DNA of 64,000 nucleotides from contig OZ059897.1 in NCBI GenBank assembly GCA_964057225.1, positions 124,001-188,000 of the forward strand. Reading direction: 5' to 3'. Numbering within the stretch: position 1 is the first letter of the stretch; each line of letters starts with the position of its first letter. A program made the position numbers and the translations under genes. Positions 25,054 through 40,748 of the stretch are shown piece by piece. This DNA is from Auanema rhodensis. Its lineage: Eukaryota; Animalia; Nematoda. The notes below the pieces were generated by a model, which did no database searches, had not been told where the DNA came from, and saw nothing but the letters and a program-made list of their open reading frames with translations.

Positions 25054-28000
25054 GAGATATCAACTGATATAAGTTCACACTTATATCCTGGATTTTCACC
25101 CTGAAGGAATAATTTTTTCGTTGAATAACATTGTCCATCGTCTTTGCCTTGAAAAAAGGAATCTAAAAACATCTACTTTTTGCTAAATTATTTTGAAATT
25201 TTTCGAAAAAATTTTTGTCAAAATGTTTTTGGAAGCAATGTTGAGTGTACATGGAAACTCAACATACACTAATGCATCATTTTTCAAACGATCATAACTA
25301 ATTTCTGTATTAAGCGTTTCTCAATGTAGTTTAGTGCATTCGATGCGGATTTTTAAGCTGCGTCGATCTGTGTTATCAGATTTGCGCTAGCTTAAAAATG
25401 CACCGAGATATCAACTGATATAAGTTCACACATATATCCTCGATTTTCACCCTGAAGAAATAATTTTTTCGTTGAATAACATTGTCCATCGTCTTTGCCT
25501 TGAAAAAAGGAATCTAAAAACATCTACTTTTTGCTAAATTATTTTGAAATTTTTCGAAAAAATTTTTGTCAAAATGTTTTTGGAAGCAATGTTGAGTGTA
25601 CATGGAAACTCAACATACACTAATGCATCATTTTTCAAACGATCATAACTAATTTTTGTATTGAGCGTTTCTCAATGTAGTATAGTGCATTCGATGCGGA
25701 TTTTTAAGCTGCGTCGATCTGTGTTATCAGATTTGCGCTAGCTTAAAAATGCACCGAGATATCAACTGATATAAGTTCACACTTATATCCTCGATTTTCA
25801 CCCTGAAGAATTAATTTTTTCGTTGAATAACATTGTCCATCGTCTTTGCCTTGAAAAATGGAATCTAAAAACATCTACTTTTTGCTAAATTATTTTGAAA
25901 TTTTTCGAAAAAAGTTTTGTCAAAATGTTTTTGGAAGCATTGTTGAGTGTACATGGAAACTCAACATACACTAATGCATCATTTTTCAAAGGATCATAAC
26001 TAATTTTTGTATTAAGCGTTTCTCAATGTAGTATAGTGCATTCGATGCGGATTTTTAAGCTGCGTCGATCTGTGTTATCAGATTTGCGCTAGCTTAAAAA
26101 TGCACCGAGATATCAACTGATATAAGTTCACACTTATATCCTCGATTTTCACCCTGAAGGAATAATTTTTTCGTTGAATAACATTGTCCATCGTCTTTGC
26201 CTTGAAAAAAAGAATCTAAAAACATCTACTTTTTGCTAAATTATTTTGAAATTTTTCGAAAAAATTTTTGTCAAAATGTTTTTGGAAGCAATGTTGAGTG
26301 TACATGGAAACTCAACATACACTAATGCATCATTTTTCAAACGATCATAACTAATTTTTGTATTGAGCGTTTCTCAATGTAGTATAGTGCATTCGATGCG
26401 GATTTTTAAGCTGCGTCGATCTGTGTTATCAGATTTGCGCTAGCTTAAAAATGCACCGAGATATCAACTGATATAAGTTCACACTTATATCCTCGATTTT
26501 CACCCTGAAGGAATAAATTTTTTGGTGAATTACATTGTCCATCGTCTTTGCCTTGAAAAAAGGAATCTAAAAACATCTACTTTTTGCTAAATTATTTTGA
26601 AATTTTTCGAAAAAATTTTTGTCAAAATGTTTTTGGAAGCAATGTTGAGTGTACATGGAAACTCAACATACACTAATGCATCATTTTTCAAACGATCATA
26701 ACTAATTTTTGTATTAAGCGTTTCTCAATGTAGTATAGTGCATTCGATGCGGATTTTTAAGCTGCGTCGATCTGTGTTATCAGATTTGCGCTAGCTTAAA
26801 AATGCACCAAGATATCAACTGATATAAGTTCACACTTATATCCTCGATTTTCACCCTGAAGAATTAATTTTTTCGTTGAATAACATTGTCCATCGTCTTT
26901 GCCTTGAATAAAGGAATCTAAAAACATCTACTTTTTGCTAAATTATTTTGAAATTTTTCGAAAAAATTTTTGTCAAAATGTTTTTGGAAGCAATGTTGAG
27001 TGTACATGGAAACTCAACATACACTAATGCATCATTTTTCAAACGATCATAACTAATTTTTGTATTGAGCGTTTCTCAATGTAGTATAGTGCATTCGATG
27101 CGGATTTTTAAGCTGCGTCGATCTGTGTTATCAGATTTGCGCTAGCTTAAAAATGCACCGAGATATCAACTGATATAAGTTCACACTTATATCCTCGATT
27201 TTCACCCTGAAGGAATAAATTTTTTGGTGAATTACATTGTCCATCGTCTTTGCCTTGAAAAAAGGAATCTAAAAACATCTACTTTTTGCTAAATTATTTT
27301 GAAATTTTTTGAAAAAATTTTTGTCAAAATGTTTTTGGAAGCAATGTTGAGTGTACATGGAAACTCAACATACACTAATGCATCATTTTTCAAACGATCA
27401 TAACTAATTTTTGTATTAAGCGTTTCTCAATGTAGTATAGTGCATTCGATGCGGATTTTTAAGCTGCGTCGATCTGTGTTATCAGATTTGCGCTAGCTTA
27501 AAAATGCACCAAGATATCAACTGATATAAGTTCACACTTATATCCTCGATTTTCACCCTGAAGAATTAATTTTTTCGTTGAATAACATTGTCCATCGTCT
27601 TTGCCTTGAATAAAGGAATCTAAAAACATCTACTTTTTGCTAAATTATTTTGAAATTTTTCGAAAAAATTTTTGTCAAAATGTTTTTGGAAGCAATGTTG
27701 AGTGTACATGGAAACTCAACATACACTAATGCATCATTTTTCAAACGATCATAACTAATTTTTGTATTGAGCGTTTCTCAATGTAGTATAGTGCATTCGA
27801 TGCGGATTTTTAAGCTGCGTCGATCTGTGTTATCAGATTTGCGCTAGCTTAAAAATGCACCAAGATATCAACTGATATAAGTTCACACTTATATCCTCGA
27901 TTTTCACCCTGAAGAATTAATTTTTTCGTTGAATAACATTGTCCATCGTCTTTGCCTTGAAAAAAGGAATCTAAAAACATCTACTTTTTGCTAAATTATT

Positions 28001-31000
28001 TTGAAATTTTTCGAAAAAATTTTTGTCAAAATGTTTTTGGAAGCAATGTTGAGTGTACATGGAAACTCAACATACACTAATGCATCATTTTTCAAACGAT
28101 CATAACTAATTTTTGTATTAAGCGTTTCTCAATGTAGTATAGTGCATTCGATGCGGATTTTTAAGCTGCGTCGATCTGTGTTATCAGATTTGCGTTAGCT
28201 TAAAAATGCACCGAGATATCAACTGATATAAGTTCACACTTATATCCTCGATTTTCACCCTGAAGAATTAATTTTTTCGTTGAATAACATTGTCCATCGT
28301 CTTTGCCTTGAAAAATGGAATCTAAAAACATCTACTTTTTGCTAAATTATTTTGAAATTTTTCGAAAAAATTTTTGTCAAAATGTTTTTGGAAGCATTGT
28401 TGAGTGTACATGGAAACTCAACATACACTAATGCATCATTTTTCAAAGGATCATAACTAATTTTTGTATTAAGCGTTTCTCAATGTAGTATAGTGCATTC
28501 GATGCGGATTTTTAAGCTGCGTCGATCTGTGTTATCAGATTTGCGCTAGCTTAAAAATGCACCAAGATATCAACTGATATAAGTTCACACTTATATCCTC
28601 GATTTTCACCCTGAAGAATTAATTTTTTCGTTGAATAACATTGTCCATCGTCTTTGCCTTGAATAAAGGAATCTAAAAACATCTACTTTTTGCTAAATTA
28701 TTTTGAAATTTTTCGAAAAAATTTTTGTCAAAATGTTTTTGGAAGCATTGTTGAGTGTACATGGAAACTCAACATACACTAATGCATCATTTTTCAAAGG
28801 ATCATAACTAATTTTTGTATTAAGCGTTTCTCAATGTAGTATAGTGCATTCGATGCGGATTTTTAAGCTGCGTCGATCTGTGTTATCAGATTTGCGCTAG
28901 CTTAAAAATGCACCAAGATATCAACTGATATAAGTTCACACTTATATCCTCGATTTTCACCCTGAAGAATTAATTTTTTCGTTGAATAACATTGTCCATC
29001 GTCTTTGCCTTGAATAAAGGAATCTAAAAACATCTACTTTTTGCTAAATTATTTTGAAATTTTTCGAAAAAATTTTTGTCAAAATGTTTTTGGAAGCAAT
29101 GTTGAGTGTACATGGAAACTCAACATACACTAATGCATCATTTTTCAAACGATCATAACTAATTTTTGTATTAAGCGTTTCTCAATGTAGTATAGTGCAT
29201 TCGATGCGGATTTTTAAGCTGCGTCGATCTGTGTTATCAGATTTGCGTTAGCTTAAAAATGCACCGAGATATCAACTGATATAAGTTCACACTTATATCC
29301 TCGATTTTCACCCTGAAGAAATAATTTTTTCGTTGAATAACATTGTCCATCGTCTTTGCCTTGAAAAAAGGAATCTAAAAACATCTACTTTTTGCTAAAT
29401 TATTTTGAAATTTTTCGAAAAAATTTTTGTCAAAATGTTTTTGGAAGCAATGTTGAGTGTACATGGAAACTCAACATACACTAATGCATCATTTTTCAAA
29501 CGATCATAACTAATTTTTGTATTAAGCGTTTCTCAATGTAGTATAGTGCATTCGATGCGGATTTTTAAGCTGCGTCGATCTGTGTTATCAGATTTGCGCT
29601 AGCTTAAAAATGCACCAAGATATCAACTGATATAAGTTCACACTTATATCCTCGATTTTCACCCTGAAGAATTAATTTTTTCGTTGAATAACATTGTCCA
29701 TCGTCTTTGCCTTGAATAAAGGAATCTAAAAACATCTACTTTTTGCTAAATTATTTTGAAATTTTTCGAAAAAATTTTTGTCAAAATGTTTTTGGAAGCA
29801 ATGTTGAGTGTACATGGAAACTCAACATACACTAATGCATCATTTTTCAAACGATCATAACTAATTTTTGTATTAAGCGTTTCTCAATGTAGTATAGTGC
29901 ATTCGATGCGGATTTTTAAGCTGCGTCGATCTGTGTTATCAGATTTGCGTTAGCTTAAAAATGCACCGAGATATCAACTGATATAAGTTCACACTTATAT
30001 CCTCGATTTTCACCCTGAAGAAATAATTTTTTCGTTGAATAACATTGTCCATCGTCTTTGCCTTGAAAAAAGGAATCTAAAAACATCTACTTTTTGCTAA
30101 ATTATTTTGAAATTTTTCGAAAAAATTTTTGTCAAAATGTTTTTGGAAGCAATGTTGAGTGTACATGGAAACTCAACATACACTAATGCATCATTTTTCA
30201 AACGATCATAACTAATTTTTGTATTAAGCGTTTCTCAATGTAGTATAGTGCATTCGATGCGGATTTTTAAGCTGCGTCGATCTGTGTTATCAGATTTGCG
30301 CTAGCTTAAAAATGCACCAAGATATCAACTGATATAAGTTCACACTTATATCCTCGATTTTCACCCTGAAGAATTAATTTTTTCGTTGAATAACATTGTC
30401 CATCGTCTTTGCCTTGAATAAAGGAATCTAAAAACATCTACTTTTTGCTAAATTATTTTGAAATTTTTCGAAAAAATTTTTGTCAAAATGTTTTTGGAAG
30501 CAATGTTGAGTGTACATGGAAACTCAACATACACTAATGCATCATTTTTCAAACGATCATAACTAATTTTTGTATTAAGCGTTTCTCAATGTAGTATAGT
30601 GCATTCGATGCGGATTTTTAAGCTGCGTCGATCTGTGTTATCAGATTTGCGTTAGCTTAAAAATGCACCGAGATATCAACTGATATAAGTTCACACTTAT
30701 ATCCTCGATTTTCACCCTGAAGAAATAATTTTTTCGTTGAATAACATTGTCCATCGTCTTTGCCTTGAAAAAAGGAATCTAAAAACATCTACTTTTTGCT
30801 AAATTATTTTGAAATTTTTCGAAAAAATTTTTGTCAAAATGTTTTTGGAAGCAATGTTGAGTGTACATGGAAACTCAACATACACTAATGCATCATTTTT
30901 CAAACGATCATAACTAATTTCTGTATTAAGCGTTTCTCAATGTAGTTTAGTGCATTCGATGCGGATTTTTAAGCTGCGTCGATCTGTGTTATCAGATTTG

Positions 31001-34000
31001 CGCTAGCTTAAAAATGCACCGAGATATCAACTGATATAAGTTCACACATATATCCTCGATTTTCACCCTGAAGAAATAATTTTTTCGTTGAATAACATTG
31101 TCCATCGTCTTTGCCTTGAAAAAAGGAATCTAAAAACATCTACTTTTTGCTAAATTATTTTGAAATTTTTCGAAAAAATTTTTGTCAAAATGTTTTTGGA
31201 AGCAATGTTGAGTGTACATGGAAACTCAACATACACTAATGCATCATTTTTCAAACGATCATAACTAATTTTTGTATTGAGCGTTTCTCAATGTAGTATA
31301 GTGCATTCGATGCGGATTTTTAAGCTGCGTCGATCTGTGTTATCAGATTTGCGCTAGCTTGAAAATGCACCGAGATATCAACTGATATAAGTTCACACTT
31401 ATATCCTCGATTTTCACCCTGAAGAATTAATTTTTTCGTTGAATAACATTGTCCATCGTCTTTGCCTTGAAAAAAGGAATCTAAAAACATCTACTTTTTG
31501 CTAAATTATTTTGAAATTTTTCGAAAAAATTTTTGTCAAAATGTTTTTGGAAGCAATGTTGAGTGTACATGGAAACTCAACATACACTAATGCATCATTT
31601 TTCAAACGATCATAACTAATTTTTGTATTAAGCGTTTCTCAATGTAGTATAGTGCATTCGATGCGGATTTTTAAGCTGCGTCGATCTGTGTTATCAGATT
31701 TGCGTTAGCTTAAAAATGCACCGAGATATCAACTGATATAAGTTCACACTTATATCCTCGATTTTCACCCTGAAGGAATAATTTTTTCGTTGAATAACAT
31801 TGTCCATCGTCTTTGCCTTGAAAAAAAGAATCTAAAAACATCTACTTTTTGCTAAATTATTTTGAAATTTTTCGAAAAAATTTTTGTCAAAATGTTTTTG
31901 GAAGCAATGTTGAGTGTACATGGAAACTCAACATACACTAATGCATCATTTTTCAAACGATCATAACTAATTTTTGTATTGAGCGTTTCTCAATGTAGTA
32001 TAGTGCATTTGATGCGGATTTTTAAGCTGCGTCGATCTGTGTTATCAGATTTGCGCTAGCTTAAAAATGCACCGAGATCTCAACTGATATAAGTTCACAC
32101 TTATATCCTCGATTTTCACCCTGAAGGAATAATTTTTTCGTTGAATAACATTGTCCATCGTCTTTGCCTTGAAAAAAGGAATCTAAAAACATCTACTTTT
32201 TGCTAAATTATTTTGAAATTTTTCGAAAAAATTTTTGTCAAAATGTTTTTGGAAGCAATGTTGAGTGTACATGGAAACTCAACATACACTAATGCATCAT
32301 TTTTCAAACGATCATAACTAATTTTTGTATTAAGCGTTTCTCAATGTAGTATAGTGCATTCGATGCGGATTTTTAAGCTGCGTCGATCTGTGTTATCAGA
32401 TTTGCGTTAGCTTAAAAATGCACCGAGATATCAACTGATATAAGTTCACACTTATATCCTCGATTTTCACCCTGAAGGAATAATTTTTTCGTTGAATAAC
32501 ATTGTCCATCGTCTTTGCCTTGAAAAAAAGAATCTAAAAACATCTACTTTTTGCTAAATTATTTTGAAATTTTTCGAAAAAATTTTTGTCAAAATGTTTT
32601 TGGAAGCAATGTTGAGTGTACATGGAAACTCAACATACACTAATGCATCATTTTTCAAACGATCATAACTAATTTCTGTATTAAGCGTTTCTCAATGTAG
32701 TTTAGTGCATTCGATGCGGATTTTTAAGCTGCGTCGATCTGTGTTATCAGATTTGCGCTAGCTTAAAAATGCACCGAGATATCAACTGATATAAGTTCAC
32801 ACATATATCCTCGATTTTCACCCTGAAGAAATAATTTTTTCGTTGAATAACATTGTCCATCGTCTTTGCCTTGAAAAAAGGAATCTAAAAACATCTACTT
32901 TTTGCTAAATTATTTTGAAATTTTTCGAAAAAATTTTTGTCAAAATGTTTTTGGAAGCAATGTTGAGTGTACATGGAAACTCAACATACACTAATGCATC
33001 ATTTTTCAAACGATCATAACTAATTTTTGTATTGAGCGTTTCTCAATGTAGTATAGTGCATTCGATGCGGATTTTTAAGCTGCGTCGATCTGTGTTATCA
33101 GATTTGCGCTAGCTTAAAAATGCACCGAGATATCAACTGATATAAGTTCACACTTATATCCTCGATTTTCACCCTGAAGAATTAATTTTTTCGTTGAATA
33201 ACATTGTCCATCGTCTTTGCCTTGAAAAATGGAATCTAAAAACATCTACTTTTTGCTAAATTATTTTGAAATTTTTCGAAAAAATTTTTGTCAAAATGTT
33301 TTTGGAAGCATTGTTGAGTGTACATGGAAACTCAACATACACTAATGCATCATTTTTCAAAGGATCATAACTAATTTTTGTATTAAGCGTTTCTCAATGT
33401 AGTATAGTGCATTCGATGCGGATTTTTAAGCTGCGTCGATCTGTGTTATCAGATTTGCGCTAGCTTAAAAATGCACCGAGATATCAACTGATATAAGTTC
33501 ACACATATATCCTCGATTTTCACCCTGAAGAAATAATTTTTTCGTTGAATAACATTGTCCATCGTCTTTGCCTTGAAAAAAGGAATCTAAAAACATCTAC
33601 TTTTTGCTAAATTATTTTGAAATTTTTCGAAAAAATTTTTGTCAAAATGTTTTTGGAAGCAATGTTGAGTGTACATGGAAACTCAACATACACTAATGCA
33701 TCATTTTTCAAACGATCATAACTAATTTTTGTATTGAGCGTTTCTCAATGTAGTATAGTGCATTCGATGCGGATTTTTAAGCTGCGTCGATCTGTGTTAT
33801 CAGATTTGCGCTAGCTTAAAAATGCACCGAGATATCAACTGATATAAGTTCACACTTATATCCTCGATTTTCACCCTGAAGAATTAATTTTTTCGTTGAA
33901 TAACATTGTCCATCGTCTTTGCCTTGAAAAATGGAATCTAAAAACATCTACTTTTTGCTAAATTATTTTGAAATTTTTCGAAAAAATTTTTGTCAAAATG

Positions 34001-37000
34001 TTTTTGGAAGCATTGTTGAGTGTACATGGAAACTCAACATACACTAATGCATCATTTTTCAAAGGATCATAACTAATTTTTGTATTAAGCGTTTCTCAAT
34101 GTAGTATAGTGCATTCGATGCGGATTTTTAAGCTGCGTCGATCTGTGTTATCAGATTTGCGTTAGCTTAAAAATGCACCGAGATATCAACTGATATAAGT
34201 TCACACTTATATCCTCGATTTTCACCCTGAAGGAATAATTTTTTCGTTGAATAACATTGTCCATCGTCTTTGCCTTGAAAAATGGAATCTAAAAACATCT
34301 ACTTTTTGCCAAATTATTTTGAAATTTTTCGAAAAAATTTTTGTCAAAATGTTTTTGGAAGCAATGTTGAGTGTACATGGAAACTCAACATACACTAATG
34401 CATCATTTTTCAAACGATCATAACTAATTTCTGTATTAAGCGTTTCTCAATGTAGTTTAGTGCATTCGATGCGGATTTTTAAGCTGCGTCGATCTGTGTT
34501 ATCAGATTTGCGCTAGCTTAAAAATGCACCGAGATATCAACTGATATAAGTTCACACTTATATCCTCGATTTTCACCCTGAAGAAATAATTTTTTCGTTG
34601 AATAACATTGTCCATCGTCTTTGCCTTGAAAAATGGAATCTAAAAACATCTACTTTTTGCCAAATTATTTTGAAATTTTTCGAAAAAATTTTTGTCAAAA
34701 TGTTTTTGGAAGCAATGTTGAGTGTACATGGAAACTCAACATACACTAATGCATCATTTTTCAAACGATCATAACTAATTTCTGTATTAAGCGTTTCTCA
34801 ATGTAGTTTAGTGCATTCGATGCGGATTTTTAAGCTGCGTCGATCTGTGTTATCAGATTTGCGCTAGCTTAAAAATGCACCGAGATATCAACTGATATAA
34901 GTTCACACTTATATCCTCGATTTTCACCCTGAAGAATTAATTTTTTCGTTGAATAACATTGTCCATCGTCTTTGCCTTGAATAAAGGAATCTAAAAACAT
35001 CTACTTTTTGCTAAATTATTTTGAAATTTTTCGAAAAAATTTTTGTCAAAATGTTTTTGGAAGCAATGTTGAGTGTACATGGAAACTCAACATACACTAA
35101 TGCATCATTTTTCAAACGATCATAACTAATTTTTGTATTAAGCGTTTCTCAATGTAGTATAGTGCATTCGATGCGGATTTTTAAGCTGCGTCGATCTGTG
35201 TTATCAGATTTGCGCTAGCTTAAAAATGCACCGAGATATCAACTGATATAAGTTCACACTTATATCCTCGATTTTCACCCTGAAGAATTAATTTTTTCGT
35301 TGAATAACATTGTCCATCGTCTTTGCCTTGAAAAAAGAAATCTAAAAACATCTACTTTTTGCTAAATTATTTTGAAATTTTTCGAAAAAATTTTTGTCAA
35401 AATGTTTTTGGAAGCATTGTTGAGTGTACATGGAAACTCAACATAAACTAATGCATCATTTTTCAAACGATCATAACTAATTTTTGTATTAAGCGTTTCT
35501 CAATGTAGTATAGTGCATTCGATGCGGATTTTTAAGCTGCGTCGATCTGTGTTATCAGATTTGCGCTAGCTTAAAAATGCACCGAGATATCAACTGATAT
35601 AAGTTCACACTTATATCCTCGATTTTCACCCAGAAGAATTAATTTTTTCGTTGAATAACATTGTCCATCGTCTTTGCCTTGAAAAATGGAATCTAAAAAC
35701 ATCTACTTTTTGCTAAATTATTTTGAAATTTTTCGAAAAAATTTTTGTCAAAATGTTTTTGGAAGCAATGTTGAGTGTACATGGAAACTCAACATACACT
35801 AATGCATCATTTTTCAAACGATCATAACTAATTTTTGTATTAAGCGTTTCTCAATGAAGTATAGTGCATTCGATGCGGATTTTTAAGCTGCGTCGATCTG
35901 TGTTATCAGATTTGCGCTAGCTTAAAAATGCACCGAGATATCAACTGATATATGTTCACACTTATATCCTCGATTTTCACCCTGAAGAATTAATTTTTTC
36001 GTTGAATAACATTGTCCATCGTCTTTGCCTTGAAAAAAGGAATCTAAAAACATCTACTTTTTGCTAAATTATTTTGAAATTTTTCGAAAAAATTTTTGTC
36101 AAAATGTTTTTGGAAGCAATGTTGAGTGTACATGGAAACTCAACATACACTAATGCATCATTTTTCAAACGATCATAACTAATTTCTGTATTAAGCGTTT
36201 CTCAATGTAGTTTAGTGCATTCGATGCGGATTTTTAAGCTGCGTCGATCTGTGTTATCAGATTTGCGCTAGCTTAAAAATGCACCGAGATATCAACTGAT
36301 ATAAGTTCACACTTATATCCTCGATTTTCACCCTGAAGGAATAATTTTTTCGTTGAATAACATTGTCCATCGTCTTTGCCTTGAAAAATGGAATCTAAAA
36401 ACATCTACTTTTTGCCAAATTATTTTGAAATTTTTCGAAAAAATTTTTGTCAAAATGTTTTTGGAAGCAATGTTGAGTGTACATGGAAACTCAACATACA
36501 CTAATGCATCATTTTTCAAACGATCATAACTAATTTCTGTATTAAGCGTTTCTCAATGTAGTTTAGTGCATTCGATGCGGATTTTTAAGCTGCGTCGATC
36601 TGTGTTATCAGATTTGCGCTAGCTTAAAAATGCACCGAGATATCAACTGATATAAGTTCACACATATATCCTCGATTTTCACCCTGAAGAAATAATTTTT
36701 TCGTTGAATAACATTGTCCATCGTCTTTGCCTTGAAAAAAGGAATCTAAAAACATCTACTTTTTGCTAAATTATTTTGAAATTTTTCGAAAAAATTTTTG
36801 TCAAAATGTTTTTGGAAGCAATGTTGAGTGTACATGGAAACTCAACATACACTAATGCATCATTTTTCAAACGATCATAACTAATTTTTGTATTGAGCGT
36901 TTCTCAATGTAGTTTAGTGCATTCGATGCGGATTTTTAAGCTGCGTCGATCTGTGTTATCAGATTTGCGCTAGCTTAAAAATGCACCGAGATATCAACTG

Positions 37001-40000
37001 ATATAAGTTCACACATATATCCTCGATTTTCACCCTGAAGAAATAATTTTTTCGTTGAATAACATTGTCCATCGTCTTTGCCTTGAAAAAAGGAATCTAA
37101 AAACATCTACTTTTTGCTAAATTATTTTGAAATTTTTCGAAAAAATTTTTGTCAAAATGTTTTTGGAAGCAATGTTGAATGTACATGGAAACTCAACATA
37201 CACTAATGCATCATTTTTCAAACGATCATAACTAATTTTTGTATTGAGCGTTTCTCAATGTAGTATAGTGCATTCGATGCGGATTTTTAAGCTGCGTCGA
37301 TCTGTGTTATCAGATTTGCGCTAGCTTAAAAATGCACCGAGATATCAACTGATATAAGTTCACACTTATATCCTCGATTTTCACCCTGAAGGAATAATTT
37401 TTTCGTTGAATTACATTGTCCATCGTCTTTGCCTTGAAAAAAGGAATCTAAAAACATCTACTTTTTGCTAAATTATTTTGAAATTTTTCGAAAAAATTTT
37501 TGTCAAAATGTTTTTGGAAGCAATGTTGAGTGTACATGGAAACTCAACATACACTAATGCATCATTTTTCAAAGGATCATAACTAATTTCTGTATTAAGC
37601 GTTTCTCAATGTAGTTTAGTGCATTCGATGCGGATTTTTAAGCTGCGTCGATCTGTGTTATCAGATTTGCGCTAGCTTAAAAATGCACCGAGATATCAAC
37701 TGATATAAGTTCACACATATATCCTCGATTTTCACCCTGAAGAAATAATTTTTTCGTTGAATAACATTGTCCATCGTCTTTGCCTTGAAAAAAGGAATCT
37801 AAAAACATCTACTTTTTGCTAAATTATTTTGAAATTTTTCGAAAAAATTTTTGTCAAAATGTTTTTGGAAGCAATGTTGAGTGTACATGGAAACTCAACA
37901 TACACTAATGCATCATTTTTCAAACGATCATAACTAATTTTTGTAATGAGCGTTTCTCAATGTAGTATAGTGCATTCGATGCGGATTTTTAAGCTGCGTC
38001 GATCTGTGTTATCAGATTTGCGCTAGCTTAAAAATGCACCGAGATATCAACTGATATAAGTTCACACTTATATCCTCGATTTTCACCCTGAAGAATTAAT
38101 TTTTTCGTTGAATAACATTGTCCATCGTCTTTGCCTTGAAAAATGGAATCTAAAAACATCTACTTTTTGCTAAATTATTTTGAAATTTTTCGAAAAAATT
38201 TTTGTCAAAATGTTTTTGGAAGCATTGTTGAGTGTACATGGAAACTCAACATACACTAATGCATCATTTTTCAAACGATCATAACTAATTTTTGTATTGA
38301 GCGTTTCTCATTGTAGTATAGTGCATTCGATGCGGATTTTTAAGCTGCGTCGATCTGTGTTATCAGATTTGCGCTAGCTTAAAAATGCACCGAGATATCA
38401 ACTGATATAAGTTCACACTTATATCCTCGATTTTCACCCTGAAGGAATAATTTTTTCGTTGAATAACATTGTCCATCGTCTTTGCCTTGAAAAAAGGAAT
38501 CTAAAAACATCTACTTTTTGCTAAATTATTTTGAAATTTTTCGAAAAAATTTTTGTCAAAATGTTTTTGGAAGCAATGTTGAGTGTACATGGAAACTCAA
38601 CATACACTAATGCATCATTTTTCAAACGATCATAACTAATTTTTGTATTAAGCGTTTCTCAATGTAGTATAGTGCATTCGATGCGGATTTTTAAGCTGCG
38701 TCGATCTGTGTTATCAGATTTGCGTTAGCTTAAAAATGCACCGAGATATCAACTGATATAAGTTCACACTTATATCCTCGATTTTCACCCTGAAGGAATA
38801 ATTTTTTCGTTGAATAACATTGTCCATCGTCTTTGCCTTGAAAAAAAGAATCTAAAAACATCTACTTTTTGCTAAATTATTTTGAAATTTTTCGAAAAAA
38901 TTTTTGTCAAAATGTTTTTGGAAGCAATGTTGAGTGTACATGGAAACTCAACATACACTAATGCATCATTTTTCAAACGATCATAACTAATTTCTGTATT
39001 AAGCGTTTCTCAATGTAGTTTAGTGCATTCGATGCGGATTTTTAAGCTGCGTCGATCTGTGTTATCAGATTTGCGCTAGCTTAAAAATGCACCGAGATAT
39101 CAACTGATATAAGTTCACACATATATCCTCGATTTTCACCCTGAAGAAATAATTTTTTCGTTGAATAACATTGTCCATCGTCTTTGCCTTGAAAAAAGGA
39201 ATCTAAAAACATCTACTTTTTGCTAAATTATTTTGAAATTTTTCGAAAAAATTTTTGTCAAAATGTTTTTGGAAGCAATGTTGAGTGTACATGGAAACTC
39301 AACATACACTAATGCATCATTTTTCAAACGATCATAACTAATTTTTGTATTGAGCGTTTCTCAATGTAGTATAGTGCATTCGATGCGGATTTTTAAGCTG
39401 CGTCGATCTGTGTTATCAGATTTGCGCTAGCTTAAAAATGCACCGAGATATCAACTGATATAAGTTCACACTTATATCCTCGATTTTCACCCTGAAGGAA
39501 TAATTTTTTCGTTGAATAACATTGTCCATCGTCTTTGCCTTGAAAAATGGAATCTAAAAACATCTACTTTTTGCTAAATTATTTTGAAATTTTTCGAAAA
39601 AATTTTTGTCAAAATGTTTTTGGAAGCAATGTTGAGTGTACATGGAAACTCAACATACACTAATGCATCATTTTTCAAACGATCATAACTAATTTCTGTA
39701 TTAAGCGTTTCTCAATGTAGTTTAGTGCATTCGATGCGGATTTTTAAGCTGCGTCGATCTGTGTTATCAGATTTGCGCTAGCTTAAAAATGCACCGAGAT
39801 ATCAACTGATATAAGTTCACACATATATCCTCGATTTTCACCCTGAAGAAATAATTTTTTCGTTGAATAACATTGTCCATCGTCTTTGCCTTGAAAAAAG
39901 GAATCTAAAAACATCTACTTTTTGCTAAATTATTTTGAAATTTTTCGAAAAAATTTTTGTCAAAATGTTTTTGGAAGCAATGTTGAGTGTACATGGAAAC

Positions 40001-40748
40001 TCAACATACACTAATGCATCATTTTTCAAACGATCATAACTAATTTTTGTATTGAGCGTTTCTCAATGTAGTTTAGTGCATTCGATGCGGATTTTTAAGC
40101 TGCGTCGATCTGTGTTATCAGATTTGCGCTAGCTTAAAAATGCACCGAGATATCAACTGATATAAGTTCACACATATATCCTCGATTTTCACCCTGAAGA
40201 AATAATTTTTTCGTTGAATAACATTGTCCATCGTCTTTGCCTTGAAAAAAGGAATCTAAAAACATCTACTTTTTGCTAAATTATTTTGAAATTTTTCGAA
40301 AAAATTTTTGTCAAAATGTTTTTGGAAGCAATGTTGAGTGTACATGGAAACTCAACATACACTAATGCATCATTTTTCAAACGATCATAACTAATTTTTG
40401 TATTGAGCGTTTCTCAATGTAGTATAGTGCATTCGATGCGGATTTTTAAGCTGCGTCGATCTGTGTTATCAGATTTGCGCTAGCTTAAAAATGCACCGAG
40501 ATATCAACTGATATAAGTTCACACTTATATCCTCGATTTTCACCCTGAAGAATTAATTTTTTCGTTGAATAACATTGTCCATCGTCTTTGCCTTGAAAAA
40601 TGGAATCTAAAAACATCTACTTTTTGCTAAATTATTTTGAAATTTTTCGAAAAAATTTTTGTCAAAATGTTTTTGGAAGCATTGTTGAGTGTACATGGAA
40701 ACTCAACATACACTAATGCATCATTTTTCAAAGGATCATAACTAATTT